Source of the DNA: Sarea resinae
Taxonomy: Eukaryota
DNA length: 64,000 bases
NCBI GenBank assembly: GCA_026026165.1
Contig: JAPEUD010000013.1
Span: 434,001 to 498,000 of the forward strand
Direction: 5' to 3'
Shown here: positions 11,880 to 23,273 of the stretch, piece by piece
Layout of the letters: every line of letters starts with the position of its first letter
Position numbering within the stretch: the stretch's first letter is position 1
Program-made: the position numbers and the translations under genes
The notes under the pieces: generated by a model
The model's input: the letters and a program-made list of their open reading frames with translations, nothing else
What the model was told of the DNA's origin: nothing
The model's database searches: none

Positions 11880-13690
11880 ATTATAGAGCTTTCTCTTCTA
11901 GATTAGACCTGCTAGGTAACTTAAATAGCTAGCCTAATCTTCTTCTTAATTAAGACAATAAGTGTTGTTTGCTAAGAGTCTCTAGTTTAGCCTTATCTTC
12001 TATAGCTAGAGTTATAAGAGGGCTTATATTGCATTAATATTAATAGCTAGCTAGTAAAGAGGCTATAGGATTGATTTAATATAATGCTATTAATCCTTTA
12101 TCTTTATCTTCTAGTTGTCCTATTAACTCTTTAGCCTATAACATATTAGACGCTATATATATATATATATAAGATAACAATTAATATTTACTAATAAATC
12201 TTCTGCCTTAGCAGCCTCTAATGTGATACTAGATTGACTATTATATCTATTATTAGATAATAGGCATAATATAGCCTCTACTTAGCGCCTTACTACCCTT
12301 ATGTAATAGTCTACTAGGTAGTCTATTACTCTCTAAGGATTAGCTACACATGCTATTATTATCTTACCTAAACCTTTAATAACCTTATAGTGTTCTTAGA
12401 ATGCTATTTTAATCCTATCTAGATACTTTTACATGTGTAGTGCTAGCCTAGCCTTATATACTTTAAAGTCTTATAGAAAGTTATTGTATTAACTCTATAC
12501 ATTATCTATTAGCCTGCATATAATTTTGTCTATAGCTACACTAACTAGTTAGTTAGCTATTTAAATAAAGTTATCTGCAACTACTACACTCTTTTTATTA
12601 ACAATCTTCTAATTTATAAGGAATCTTCTAGCTTCTTAGTATAGAAACATATCTAATCCTACTTTCCTATAGTCCTTTAGCTCACTCTTTTTAGAGAGCA
12701 AGCAATCTTATATTATTGTTCTAATTTTTCTCTAGTTTATCTTTAGTGCCTAGGGCTTTATTATTAGCAATATAGGACACCTATTAGGCCTCTAATTATT
12801 GTATAGCCTATGTTCTAGTACAACATTGCTGTTGTTATTCTACTTGCTCTTACAACTTAAGAAATTTAATTCTAGTCTCTAAGGTGTTTTGTTGTAAATA
12901 CCTAGGAGGTAGTAGTAAGTAAGTAACACTTAAACTATATACAGCTGTATATTTGCTCCTTATATATATATAGTAGAGGAAGATCTTAGATTGTTATATC
13001 TAGCCTATGTTTAGATAGGATTATTAAAAGTCTCTTAAGTTAGTATATATAGTTAGAATCTTACCTTAAGTGCTATCTGTTATAAGTATATATTATATAG
13101 AGATATATCCTTATAGTGTAGGCTAAGAGAAGGTATACTCTGCTCGCGTTATTAGCTGTGTAGAAGCATATTCTAATACTATTAGCTGCTAGAAGAGATG
13201 TTTTAGAACTACTAGCTGCTAAGAGATATGTTTAGATATAGTTAGCTGCTAGTAGATATGTTCTAGAACTGCTAGCTGCTAAAAGACATGTTCTGCTTGT
13301 GTTAGCTACTAGCAGATATGTTCTAATACAGTTAGCTATAGCAAGGTATGTTTTGCTTATATTAGCTGCTAGCAGACATATTCTAATACAGTTAGCTATA
13401 GCAAGGTATGTTCTGCTTATATTAGCTACTGCGTTAAGGTATGTCTTAGAACTACTAGCTGCTAAGAGATATGTTTTACTTGTGTTAGCTGCTAGCAGAT
13501 ATGTTCTAATACAGCTAGCTATAGCAAGGTATGTTCTACTTATGTTAGCTACTATATTAAGGCATTTCCTAAGACCTTTTATACTAATACAGTTAATATA
13601 AGTTAGTTAATCTAGAGATCACTCTTTACCTAAGGTTAGAGTGCTGCTTATATTAAGTCTAGACGTGTTATAATTATATAACTACCTAGC
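11880..13690 (-). pseudogene. Mutated spliced cargo/accessory gene B of the large DNA element (repeat-rich N-terminus plus unknown domain)
   Basis: Continuous protein-like frame ~12900-12190 (IYNKTP*RLELNF..VGLDMFLY*EARRFL..AAKAEDLL) with intron-like breaks (GTAAG near 13064, GTAAAT near 12190). An upstream exon carries the 30-bp repeats. Confidence 0.6.
13141..13565 (-). repeat. 30-bp coding-type tandem repeat, about 14 units (de-RIP consensus N-M-[SP]-x-x-S-Q-x-x-Q)
   Basis: Units start at 13141, 13171, 13201 ... 13411 (33 bp), 13444, 13474, 13504, 13534. The only length variant is +3 bp. On the minus strand, ATG/ATA and CAG/TAG alternate at equivalent positions. Confidence 0.9.
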
Positions 13691-14169
13691 AAATTAGGAA
13701 ATTAGTAAGATAGCTATATAGGTAGTGTAGAAGGTGTAATAAGGTGTAAGAAGTGCAATAAGGCGTGAGAAGTGTAATAGTTGTAATAGTGTTTTTATAT
13801 AAAAAAGTAAGGGTAGTATAGATACATATAGATTAAAAACTTTGCTATTACTAGTTGTGCCTATTAAGTGTTCTCTTTGCTAGTAAATTAGTTATTAAAT
13901 GCTATAAGCTAGATCACTTAAGTCTGTTACTAGGTAATAAATAAGGTATAAGATTAAGTGATTAAGCTAAGGTAAACAATATAGAGTTAGCCTCTATATA
14001 TAGTAAAACACAGATAGTAAAGTGAGTAAGAGGTAGTAGAATACAAATAGCAAAGCTAGTAAAGAGTAGTGAATATATGTAAAGCAGATACACTTAAACT
14101 AATATATACTCTAATCCTTCTATAAGCATCGCCTTTTCCTAGATTAAACTAACTAACACTAGTAGAACG

Positions 14170-15900
14170 TGTAAAAAATACAGACTCTAATTTGTAATAT
14201 AGAGTTGTTTCTTATATAGTAGTTAGCTATAGCTCTCTTAGCCTATTAGAAGATTATTATCTATGTCTTTATTCTCTATACATTCCTTCTTAAGAACTTT
14301 GTAATTAGAGTCAATGTTTAGATTAATACTAGGCTGTTTTTTAAGAGATTATAGTTTTTTCTTTATGAAATTAGTAAGCGTTAAGTTACTAAAGTTAGTG
14401 TAGTCCTTTATAGCTTTATATATATCTAAGAGATACTCCTTAGTGTACTTCTATAGCGATATATCTATAGAGTTGTTTTCTAAGTCTGTAGTTAATTTAG
14501 TATAAGTAACTAGCTAAAGAAATATGTCTGCTAATAGATACAGATTAGATTCTCTATAACTACACACTATACTAAGTAAAGACTTATAGCAGAACTACTT
14601 CTAAGTAGACAAGGTATAGGCGTCCTAATCTATAAACTTATTAGCGAATTAAAACAGTTCTAGCAACTAGTAGATCTAGAACTAGAGATTTAACTTATTC
14701 TTTAGACGTTTAAAGTCTTATATCTTATTTAAGTAACCTCCTAATGCTTTATCCTTTTATATATATATCTTAGCCTAATCTTATATAAATTAGTATATAA
14801 GTGTAAAAGAACAATAAGCTTGTGCTACACTTACACCTATATGTACTAGAAGTCGCTATTTCTATATCTTAATATTATTAAGCACCTTATGTTTAGCTGC
14901 TTAATATACTTTATAGCCTAGGTCTATACCTTTAAACTCTAATTAAATAGCTTTGTTAAAATTCTAGTTATATAGGTCTTAAAGGAAAACTAGCTAGGTC
15001 TAATACTCTATATAAAATAAGACCTTATATTTGTTACAACTAGTAACCTCTTAGAGGCTATTCTTTTAAGGATCTATAGGTGACTTCTTATTTAAATCTA
15101 GATCTAAGGTTCTATTCTTATTATATAACAGATTGTAAGCTGTCTTATCTAGCGTCTAGTTTAATCGACTTAGTGTATCCTTTCTCTCTAGTCCTAATCC
15201 CTTTCTTTTTACACCTAAAGCAGCCTTATTATTTAAGAAAGACTTCTTAATTTGTTAGACAGATATGTTTTCTTTCTTTATACTAATATCACTTAGACTA
15301 TAAGGTTCTAGACTTATTACAAGCTAGTAGCATATTGTTAGCATATATATATAGTAAGCAGCAAACAATCTTACCTTAGAGAGGTTCTCTTATTAGCGTT
15401 TACAACTAACTTAAGAAAGAGTGTCTCTGCTATTTAAATAGATCTAATAGCTAGGTCCTTACTATTAGTGTAATTAGCATATAGTAAAGCATTATAGAAG
15501 CATGTTTTAAGGCACTTATATTAGGTGTCTGTAATAGTGTATATATAGAGGACTTTGCAATTAAAGATTGTTAGCTGTTAATTAATTTTACTTAACTAGA
15601 TTTTAATTAATTACTACTTCCTTAGCTGCTGTTCCTATAGCTAGATTTTAATTAACTATTGTTTCCTTAGCTGCTGTTCTTATAGCTAGCAATTAATGTT
15701 CTATAACTAGTTTTAGATTTGCTCTTACTAGTATTCTTACTAGGTGTTATATCTACACTTAATAGAAATAAGTCTAGTATAGTATTATCTAGGCTGCTGT
15801 TTAGAAAATCTAGCTCTATCTAAACTTAGGTTAAGCAAATTGCTAGCTATATTAAGCGAATTGCTAGACACCTAAGCTACTATAGTAGGATAGAATTATA
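14170..15900 (-). pseudogene. Mutated spliced accessory gene A of the large DNA element, function unknown
   Basis: Clear intron ~15374-15324 (GTAAG..GCTAAC..TAG), then a frame reading ..YKVY*AAKHKVLNNIKI*K*RLL.., a second intron near 14834-14775, and a further ~190 protein-like codons. The 5' end is uncertain. Confidence 0.55.
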
Positions 15901-16299
15901 TAGGTAATATAAGTAATAAGCGACGTTAGAAAATAGTATTAGATGCAAAGTTAGGTAGTACCTAGTAATCCTTTTAGTGTAGTCCTTATAGATATTAGGT
16001 TATATGTTTTATAATACTAGTAGGTACCTATATACTCTAGATTATATAGTAGTAAGAGTATCTACCTATATAGGTACCTAATAGCTTTAGGTATCTAACT
16101 CTACTAGTTTAGCATTTAATATTACTATATTAAATAGGTTAGCCTTACTAGCTAGAGAGATAAAGTAGTATATAGTAGAACTAAGGTATATTACAAAGTA
16201 GGTATCTTAGCCTATACTACTCTAAACGCAATATATAGCTAGGTATTAAGAGAAACACTTGTTTAGGTTTATAATTACTTTAATATAGAAACATACTAA

Positions 16300-17400
16300 T
16301 CTTAATATACTATCTACTAGATAATCTGCAGATCTAGTGTATATAGGCTTACCTCTATATTAATTAAGCTACTAGAGTATAAATCTTATAAACTAGCACT
16401 TATATTGTTAGACGCTGTCACTTACTATATATGTATAAGTTTTAGTCCTTTAGCAGGCTACAGTCTCTAGTCACATTATTAAAGACTTAACTGCTGTCTT
16501 TCTTAATACTTAGTGTGTTATTGCTATAGATAAAAACTGCTAAGAAAGTGCTTAAATCTATATTAAATGTAAGAGAGATAATAGAAGGCAGCTACTTAGA
16601 GAAATTAGTAGAAACATTTCTATTACCTCTAGTAGTAAAGGCCTATATATATATATAAAGTCTAACGCTATTAATTAGAATATATAGACGCCTTAGCTAG
16701 ATATAGAACTTGTAGTAAAGAGGCTAGCTTAGGCTTAATACTATTAAATATAGGAATGTAAGGACTAGAGTTATACTATCTAGAGTGATAAGTTTTACAT
16801 TACTTATACAGTTATTAAAGGCCGCCTACAAATAATTAGTAGGATACCTAAGGAGAAATAGAAGCTATTTATAGTTAGATCTTACTCGCCTTATATAGAT
16901 ATCTAATTTACAGCTTAGGTAGCGTTTAACTAATAAGAGAAATTAGACTGTGTTATTCTACTACCTATATATAGATAGAAAGGTATAGACTCTAATGTTA
17001 TTATAGATAACGCGTTTAAAGTTAAACTTCTTTAAATATATATCTATAGGTAGAGTTATTTTATTTAGGATAATAGCCTAGCTAATATATCTATAGCAGC
17101 GTTAGAATAGTTTAAGATTTATAAAATTAAGATAGTAGCACTCTTACTATATAGTCCTAACCTTAATCCTATATTAGATCTCTTAGTACTACTATAAGAG
17201 ATTATCTACTGTGATTTTCTAGAGCTATTTAATATAGGACAAGTTAATATTAATATAGCAAAGGCAGATGTATTAGAACAAGCTATATAATAGTCTTTCT
17301 AAAAGATACTATAAGTATATCTTAAAACTGTAGTAGATAGGTACTATAGCTAAATCTAAGCTATACTTAATACTAATAGTTAGTATACTAAGTATTACTA
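16300..17400 (+). mobile_element. Tc1/mariner-like transposase relic
   Basis: RLA*A..D*SYTI*SDK (de-RIP RLAWA..DW..IWSDE, ~16720-16790), FI*DN (QDN, ~17060-17075), YSPNLNP (SPDLNP, ~17150-17170), and a C-terminal I*AILNTNS*YTKY (~17355-17395). No convincing TIRs were found. Confidence 0.85.
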
Positions 17401-17689
17401 AGACTTTAGTCTGCAGAATAGATTTAACTATATCTTCCTCTATATTGTTATTATATATATAATAAAGAGATTAGAAGTATACTAATATGCTTATACTTAA
17501 TAAAGTATTAGAGAAGGTGCCTCTAGAGTATATAGAGCTGCTTATACAAAGTATAGTCTGCTAAGTTTAAGTGATAATTAGTGTAAGCAGTAGATACATA
17601 AGATATTAGACCTTCTTAGCTAGTAATATACTAAATTATAAAGCATTATAATACCTAGTTAAGTTCCTACAAATTAATTAATCCTATAG

Positions 17690-18600
17690 AGTTAATTATA
17701 GTTGCTTAGTTATAAGCTAGGTAGCTAGATACTGTTGTTATATTACTATACATTATATTAAAGACTTATACACCTAGCATTCTTAGCGCAGCCCTATATA
17801 GTGTGCTATAGTAGAATATATATAAAGAGACTTATATAAACAGCCTTTAGAGTCTACTATAAGGACTAAATTTTATAGAGGGTTTAAGGTAATAGCCTAA
17901 GGCTTCTTAGGCTATACTATAATACATAGACTAATAAGGATATAATAGCTAGTAGGCCTAGAGAGAGACGTAGGCTAAAGCTATATAGGTTTAGCTTCTC
18001 TAAGCTAGGATAAATTATTAAGGCTAGTAGTACCTAAAATATATACCTAGGTAGCAACCTAAAGCTAGCTAAGTCTGCTCTATATCTGCTTTAAAATTAA
18101 CTCTTTTATTAGAGTAGAGGTGCTTACCTAGCGAACTATCTACACTAGCTTACCTAGCAGCCACTCTACTCTACTTATTCTATAGCCTACGCTAAATAGA
18201 TATAGGATACATTAGTATCTATACTTAGACTATAGATTATATAGTTCTAGATTAATATCTAGCCTACTTATATAGATAACTAATGTAATTACTCTAAACT
18301 TAAAGCGAAACCTAGCAGACTCTAGCTATAGTGTGTAGCAAACTATTAGCTAAGTAAGAGGTCTAAATACTAAGGCAAAATCCTAGCATCCTTACCTAGC
18401 GCGCTATCTACACTAGCTTACCTAGCAGCTACTCTATCCTACTAATTCTATAACCTGCGCTAAACAGACTAGAGCTTGTGTTTAAATCTAATTAATAACT
18501 AAGGTAGGTATACTTTTACTTTTTAACCTACTACTTAGCTCTACTTACCTACTCTCTTCTAGTTCTTAAGAGAAAAGTAATAGTAACACTAATAATATAT
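17690..18600 (+). pseudogene. Possible mutated ORF C upstream of the large transposase
   Basis: Protein-like frame (ILSAALYSVL**NIYKETYINSL*SLL*GLNFIEGLR..) with only TAA/TAG stops. It contains a ~78-bp direct repeat at ~18123-18200 and ~18391-18468. Confidence 0.4.
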
Positions 18601-18969
18601 AAAGATCTCTTTAACTAGTGTAAGAGTTCTAATTAGAATACAAACCTTATTTTAACCTATCTAATATATAAGATAAGGCTATATAGTATGTATTTCTAAG
18701 TAGGTATTTATTCTTACTATAGTATATCTAGTAGAAAGGTACTTGTAAATACCTAAGATATCTTTTTACAATACATACCTTAAGGCTACTATAAAGAGAT
18801 ATCTACCTATATCTACAACTAAGAGCGACTTTATTTTACAGACATATAAGAATATATGTTTATCTATTATAAGCTATTATACTATTAGTGTATATCTTAC
18901 CTATCTACTTATAGTAGTTAGGTATTTTCTTATATTATACTCTATACTATGTATGCTAATAGCTAACAG

Positions 18970-21900
18970 GTTACACATAATATTAGCTGCTAATGTAGTA
19001 GAAAAATACTATGCTATATACCTTATAATTAGCAGTATAACTAGATCTTTAGCTTGTCTTAGCTATAGAGTAATAATGTAACACATTAGAATAAGTATAA
19101 TTAAGAGAGAGAAAGGTATCTAGATTAACTTAAAGAAGAGGCACTAGATTAACTTAAAAGAGAGGTATTAGATTCTAATAAGAATAAGAATGCATTAGAT
19201 TATAAGACTCTATTCCTTAATATAATAACTAACACAAAAGACTTAGAGCTAGCAGCTAAGGTAGAGAGAGAAGAAGATAATAATAGTGCTATAGAAATCA
19301 ATAAATCTAAACCTATTCTAATTAACAATTACAACTATAACCTTAAGAGCATAGGCTATAGAGATAAAGAAGATATAATGTAAGAGGATTCTAAAGACTA
19401 GGTAGATACTAATAAAATAGCAGACGTTTATCCTATAGATATAGAGATTATAGCTTATACTATAGAGGCTAATTAAATAGATCTATTTGTTCTTAGATTA
19501 GGCCTTTAAGTAGAGTATATAAGTATCTCTTAATAAGAATATATACAACTCTAACAAGTTATACACTTACTCTCTAATTATATAAGGATAAAGGCGTTAC
19601 CTTAGAAGCTTAACACCTTAAAACGTCTGATTAGAAAACGCCTGCCCTTGTTACAGCTTATAAAGAGAAGAATAAGTGTATAAATTTAGAAGCAGCTATC
19701 TATTCTCTATACCTAGAAGGTAGGCTGTGTAGTAATAAACAATTAGATATAGATCTACTTTTACAACCTATAGGAACTAATTAGGCTTATATTATTATGT
19801 CTAACGTTTAGAGAGCAACTACACTTTAGTATAGCATATTATATAGATAGTCTAATAGAGTTATAGCACTCTAAAGCTTAGGGTTTCTCTATAAGGTTGT
19901 GCTTAGAAGATATAGCCTAAGATATCTAAGGAAATATAATTATACCTAGTAACATTGTTAGGATTAGAGGTAGTTATAGGTTAAAAGAAAGAGTAGTCTT
20001 TATTAGTTAGGATTACTACTCTTCTACTTAAGGGTAGTAGTATAGGTTAATTACAATTATAGTGCAGGCTGTTTTAAAGTATCGCTAACTTATAGCTAAT
20101 GCTATAAGACTAATTAAAGCATGTTGTTTAGATATTAAAGACAATAAGCTATTCCTTATAGAGGATAAGAATTTCAATATAAAACTAAGTTAAATAAACA
20201 GTTAAGTGCTAGATGTCTACTTTAACTGCATAAACTATATACAATCTAATACTAAGGATCTGCTAGTAATATAGAATAGCTAGTATATTTACAGAGTTAT
20301 AAATCTAACTTATTACTCTATATAACTGCTCTAAAAATTCCTTGCTATAAGGGTAGAACTAGAAGTAAATCACTTTAGCTATATATATATTAAGACACTA
20401 GCTTTAAATAACAAAGGTAATAGCTAAGAAGTTATTTCTATACCCTTCTTTCTTTTTATAGACAACTTTAGCGTACACTAAAACATATATTATACTGTTA
20501 AGAGATTCTATTAGATCTCTAGTGCTCTAAACTTTAACAAATAAAGATATATAAGCAATGTGTTTACACTATACTTAGGACTCTATAGAGCTTCTATAGA
20601 AGCAATAATTTTAACTATTAAAACAGGTCTCTATTTACTAGACTATAGTATTATTATAAATATCTCTAGTTATAACAGGCCTAGCCTAGTATACGCCTTT
20701 ACTATAGGCCTTTTAAAGGATATACCTTAGTAAGCAGATAATAGTAGGTTTTTAAGATATAATATAAGAATAGGCTATTAGATATGCTTTTATCCTACTA
20801 AATAGAAAGGCAATCTTAACTTTAATGTTATAGATAAAGGTTATTATTATTTTAAGACAACTAGCTATTATAAGGCTATTAATTTTTAACTTATAGCTAA
20901 GGAATGTTAAGACTACACTAGAGTATATAGTATAAGAGAGGAAAGTCTTCTTATAATATATATCTACTTAGCACTTAACTTAATCTAAGGACAGCCCTAT
21001 AACGTACTACACTTAGAGTAGCAAGAATTAGGCTAGATACTACAAAGCTTATTACTAATAGATATCCTTATTACAAAGGAAAAATCTGTATATACTAACA
21101 CATTCTAAGAGTTTATCTATCCTATTAACTAGCTTAGAATATAGAGTCTCTCTTATTATCTGCTGTCTTAGTCTCTATTAGAAGCTAGTTATACTTCTAT
21201 TCTAACTCTATTAATATTAAGATGCTACTCTAATCTAATATAGTATAAAGAGAATTATATTATAGCATTATATAGGCTTAGATTTAAAGAATTTCCTAAG
21301 AGAGTATATCTAAGTGTTGTATAGGTATTTAGAGTTATAGCTAAGGCTAATACACTAATAGGTTCTAAATGCTATACACTAGTAGATAACCTCTATACCT
21401 AGGTTCTAAGTGTAAGATAATGTTACTAGTAGCTCTTATAAGCAGTATATATAGCAAGTAGATACACTATATATATACTAGATATAAGGTATAAAGCATT
21501 ATAATATATAGCACACTTATACTAATAGAGTGTTATATATATAGATAGAATATTAGATAATAATAATAAAGATCCTTTAAGTAATAACAATTATAAGTTA
21601 GATATAGAGGTTAGACTACTACCTGCTATTATTAATCGCGCCTTATAGAATCTTAGCTCTACAAACAACTTATCTAATAATGCTAGAGATATTAATTAAA
21701 TGCTTTTATAATTAAAGTATAAAAAGCTATAGGTAATCTCTAATATATATTCTAAGTTATATCTGCCTAATGTTGCTAATAAATACACTATAGTTATAAA
21801 TGCTAATGTATTAGCTAGAGAGACTAAGTATAAAGAATATAAAGCTATAGCAGACACAGCTACACTAAGTAATCTTATAGGTTACTTGTTTATAAAAGAT

Positions 21901-22664
21901 ATACTTAGGCAGACCTTATAGTTTAGACTTAGTAGTGCTTAGAATAACAATTACTCTAAGCTTATTAAGTCTCTAATAGCGCTAACACAATAAGCTCCTT
22001 TAATTATAGAAGGCTATCTGCTACTATTTAAAAGGCTAAGATTAGACATTAATATTAACGCACTACTAATTAAGGATTTAAATTAGTATCTTAATAGGTA
22101 TTATAGAAACAAGCAATATACTATTAATAGAGACTAGCACTTAAGCACTTAACTACTTAGATCTAAGCTATCTATTTATACTATAACTAGACTATATATA
22201 TAGTGTTAACTATAATTTACACAATATTATAAATTATAGCTATAGGAGAATATAATAGAGAAAGTATTTAGCTTAGATAAATCTATAAGTATTATAACCT
22301 ATATAACGTGTGATTTATTTAATACATAACCTAAAAAGATATAGGCTTAAGTAGTTGTTAATATTAAAGACTATATTACTACCTAGATAGAGCTATATTA
22401 AATTAGTTAGTTATTTGCATATAAGTTCTAAGTAAAGAGATATATCTTTACTATAGTTAATCCTCTTATAGATATTTCTATTACAGATCTAGTCCTAGGT
22501 CTCTAAATCTATAAGATATAAAATCTATAGCTTATTATTAGCTTGCTAGGACTGTATTATTATTAATACATAGTGCTTTTTAATATAATAAGCTCTATAA
22601 AGCAAAAGATAATAGAGCTAAGAGTTATATACTTAATTACAACTAGATAGTAGGCTTCTTATAA
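18970..22664 (+). pseudogene. Mutated large DDE transposase of CMC/CACTA(EnSpm/Plavaka)-like type, ~1200 codons
   Basis: Single frame from an acceptor GCTAACAG at 18969. De-RIP motifs: LFIDDFGVHRNMYR (20452), NVFTLTLGPHGA (~20557), DMPQQADN..GCR.C (20719), PYDVPHSEWQGLG (~20995), WPRIQSP, and PNxHSxLH..EY..NxNVLAGETKHK (E at 21820). Superfamily assigned from recollection of fungal EnSpm/Plavaka-like proteins, not from a search. Confidence 0.75.
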
Positions 22665-23010
22665 GAGAGTTTATACTAAAAGGTATAAGGTAGTGTCTAT
22701 AACATAAGTTCTAAACCTAGATACATTTAGAAAAGGTTTAAATATAATAGATTAACTTAGGACTTTAATATGTTTTAGATAGGTTTAAACTATTAAACAG
22801 TTATATAGTTCTAAACTTATAATATAGCTTTATAGTTCTAAATCTTAATACATTTTAGATAGGTTTAAACCTCTAAATAGTATTATAAGTTTGTATTAAG
22901 TAGTAGTATTAATAGTTTGATTTTATTGTTAGTACTAGTAGTTACTAGACTAGATTGTAGTATCCTAGCTAGTTTATAGTTCTGTTACTAAGATATATCT
23001 CTATAACTAA

Positions 23011-23273
23011 AAATAGTTCTGTACCTTAATATATCTCTATAACTTAAAAGAGTTCTATACTTTAATATATCTTAATACTCTTAAATAGTTCTATACCTTA
23101 ATACATCTTAATACTCCTAAATAGTTCTATACCTTAATACATCTTAATACTCCTAAATAGTTCTATACCTTAATACATCTTAATACTCCTAAATAGTTCT
23201 ATACCTTAATACATCTTAATACTCTTAAACAGTTCTATACCTTAATATATCTTAATACTTCTAAATAGTTCTG
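23011..23273. repeat. Right subterminal 36-bp tandem repeat, about 7 copies
   Basis: Unit AAATAGTTCTATACCTTAATACATCTTAATACTCCT arranged head to tail (e.g. starts 23083, 23119), with no spacers. Confidence 0.95.

Noticed and set aside
13299..13601. 100-aa hydrophobic repeat ORF on the plus strand in the ORF track
   Set aside because: It is the antisense shadow of the mutated 30-bp repeat. Codon-position patterns support the minus strand.
16028..17536. 14-bp inverted match (CTATATACTCTAGA) flanking the Tc1-like ORF as TIRs
   Set aside because: Short, low-complexity after RIP, and does not extend inward.
23011..23273. 36-bp repeats of CRISPR-like length
   Set aside because: Head-to-tail with no spacers, eukaryotic context, and no cas genes.
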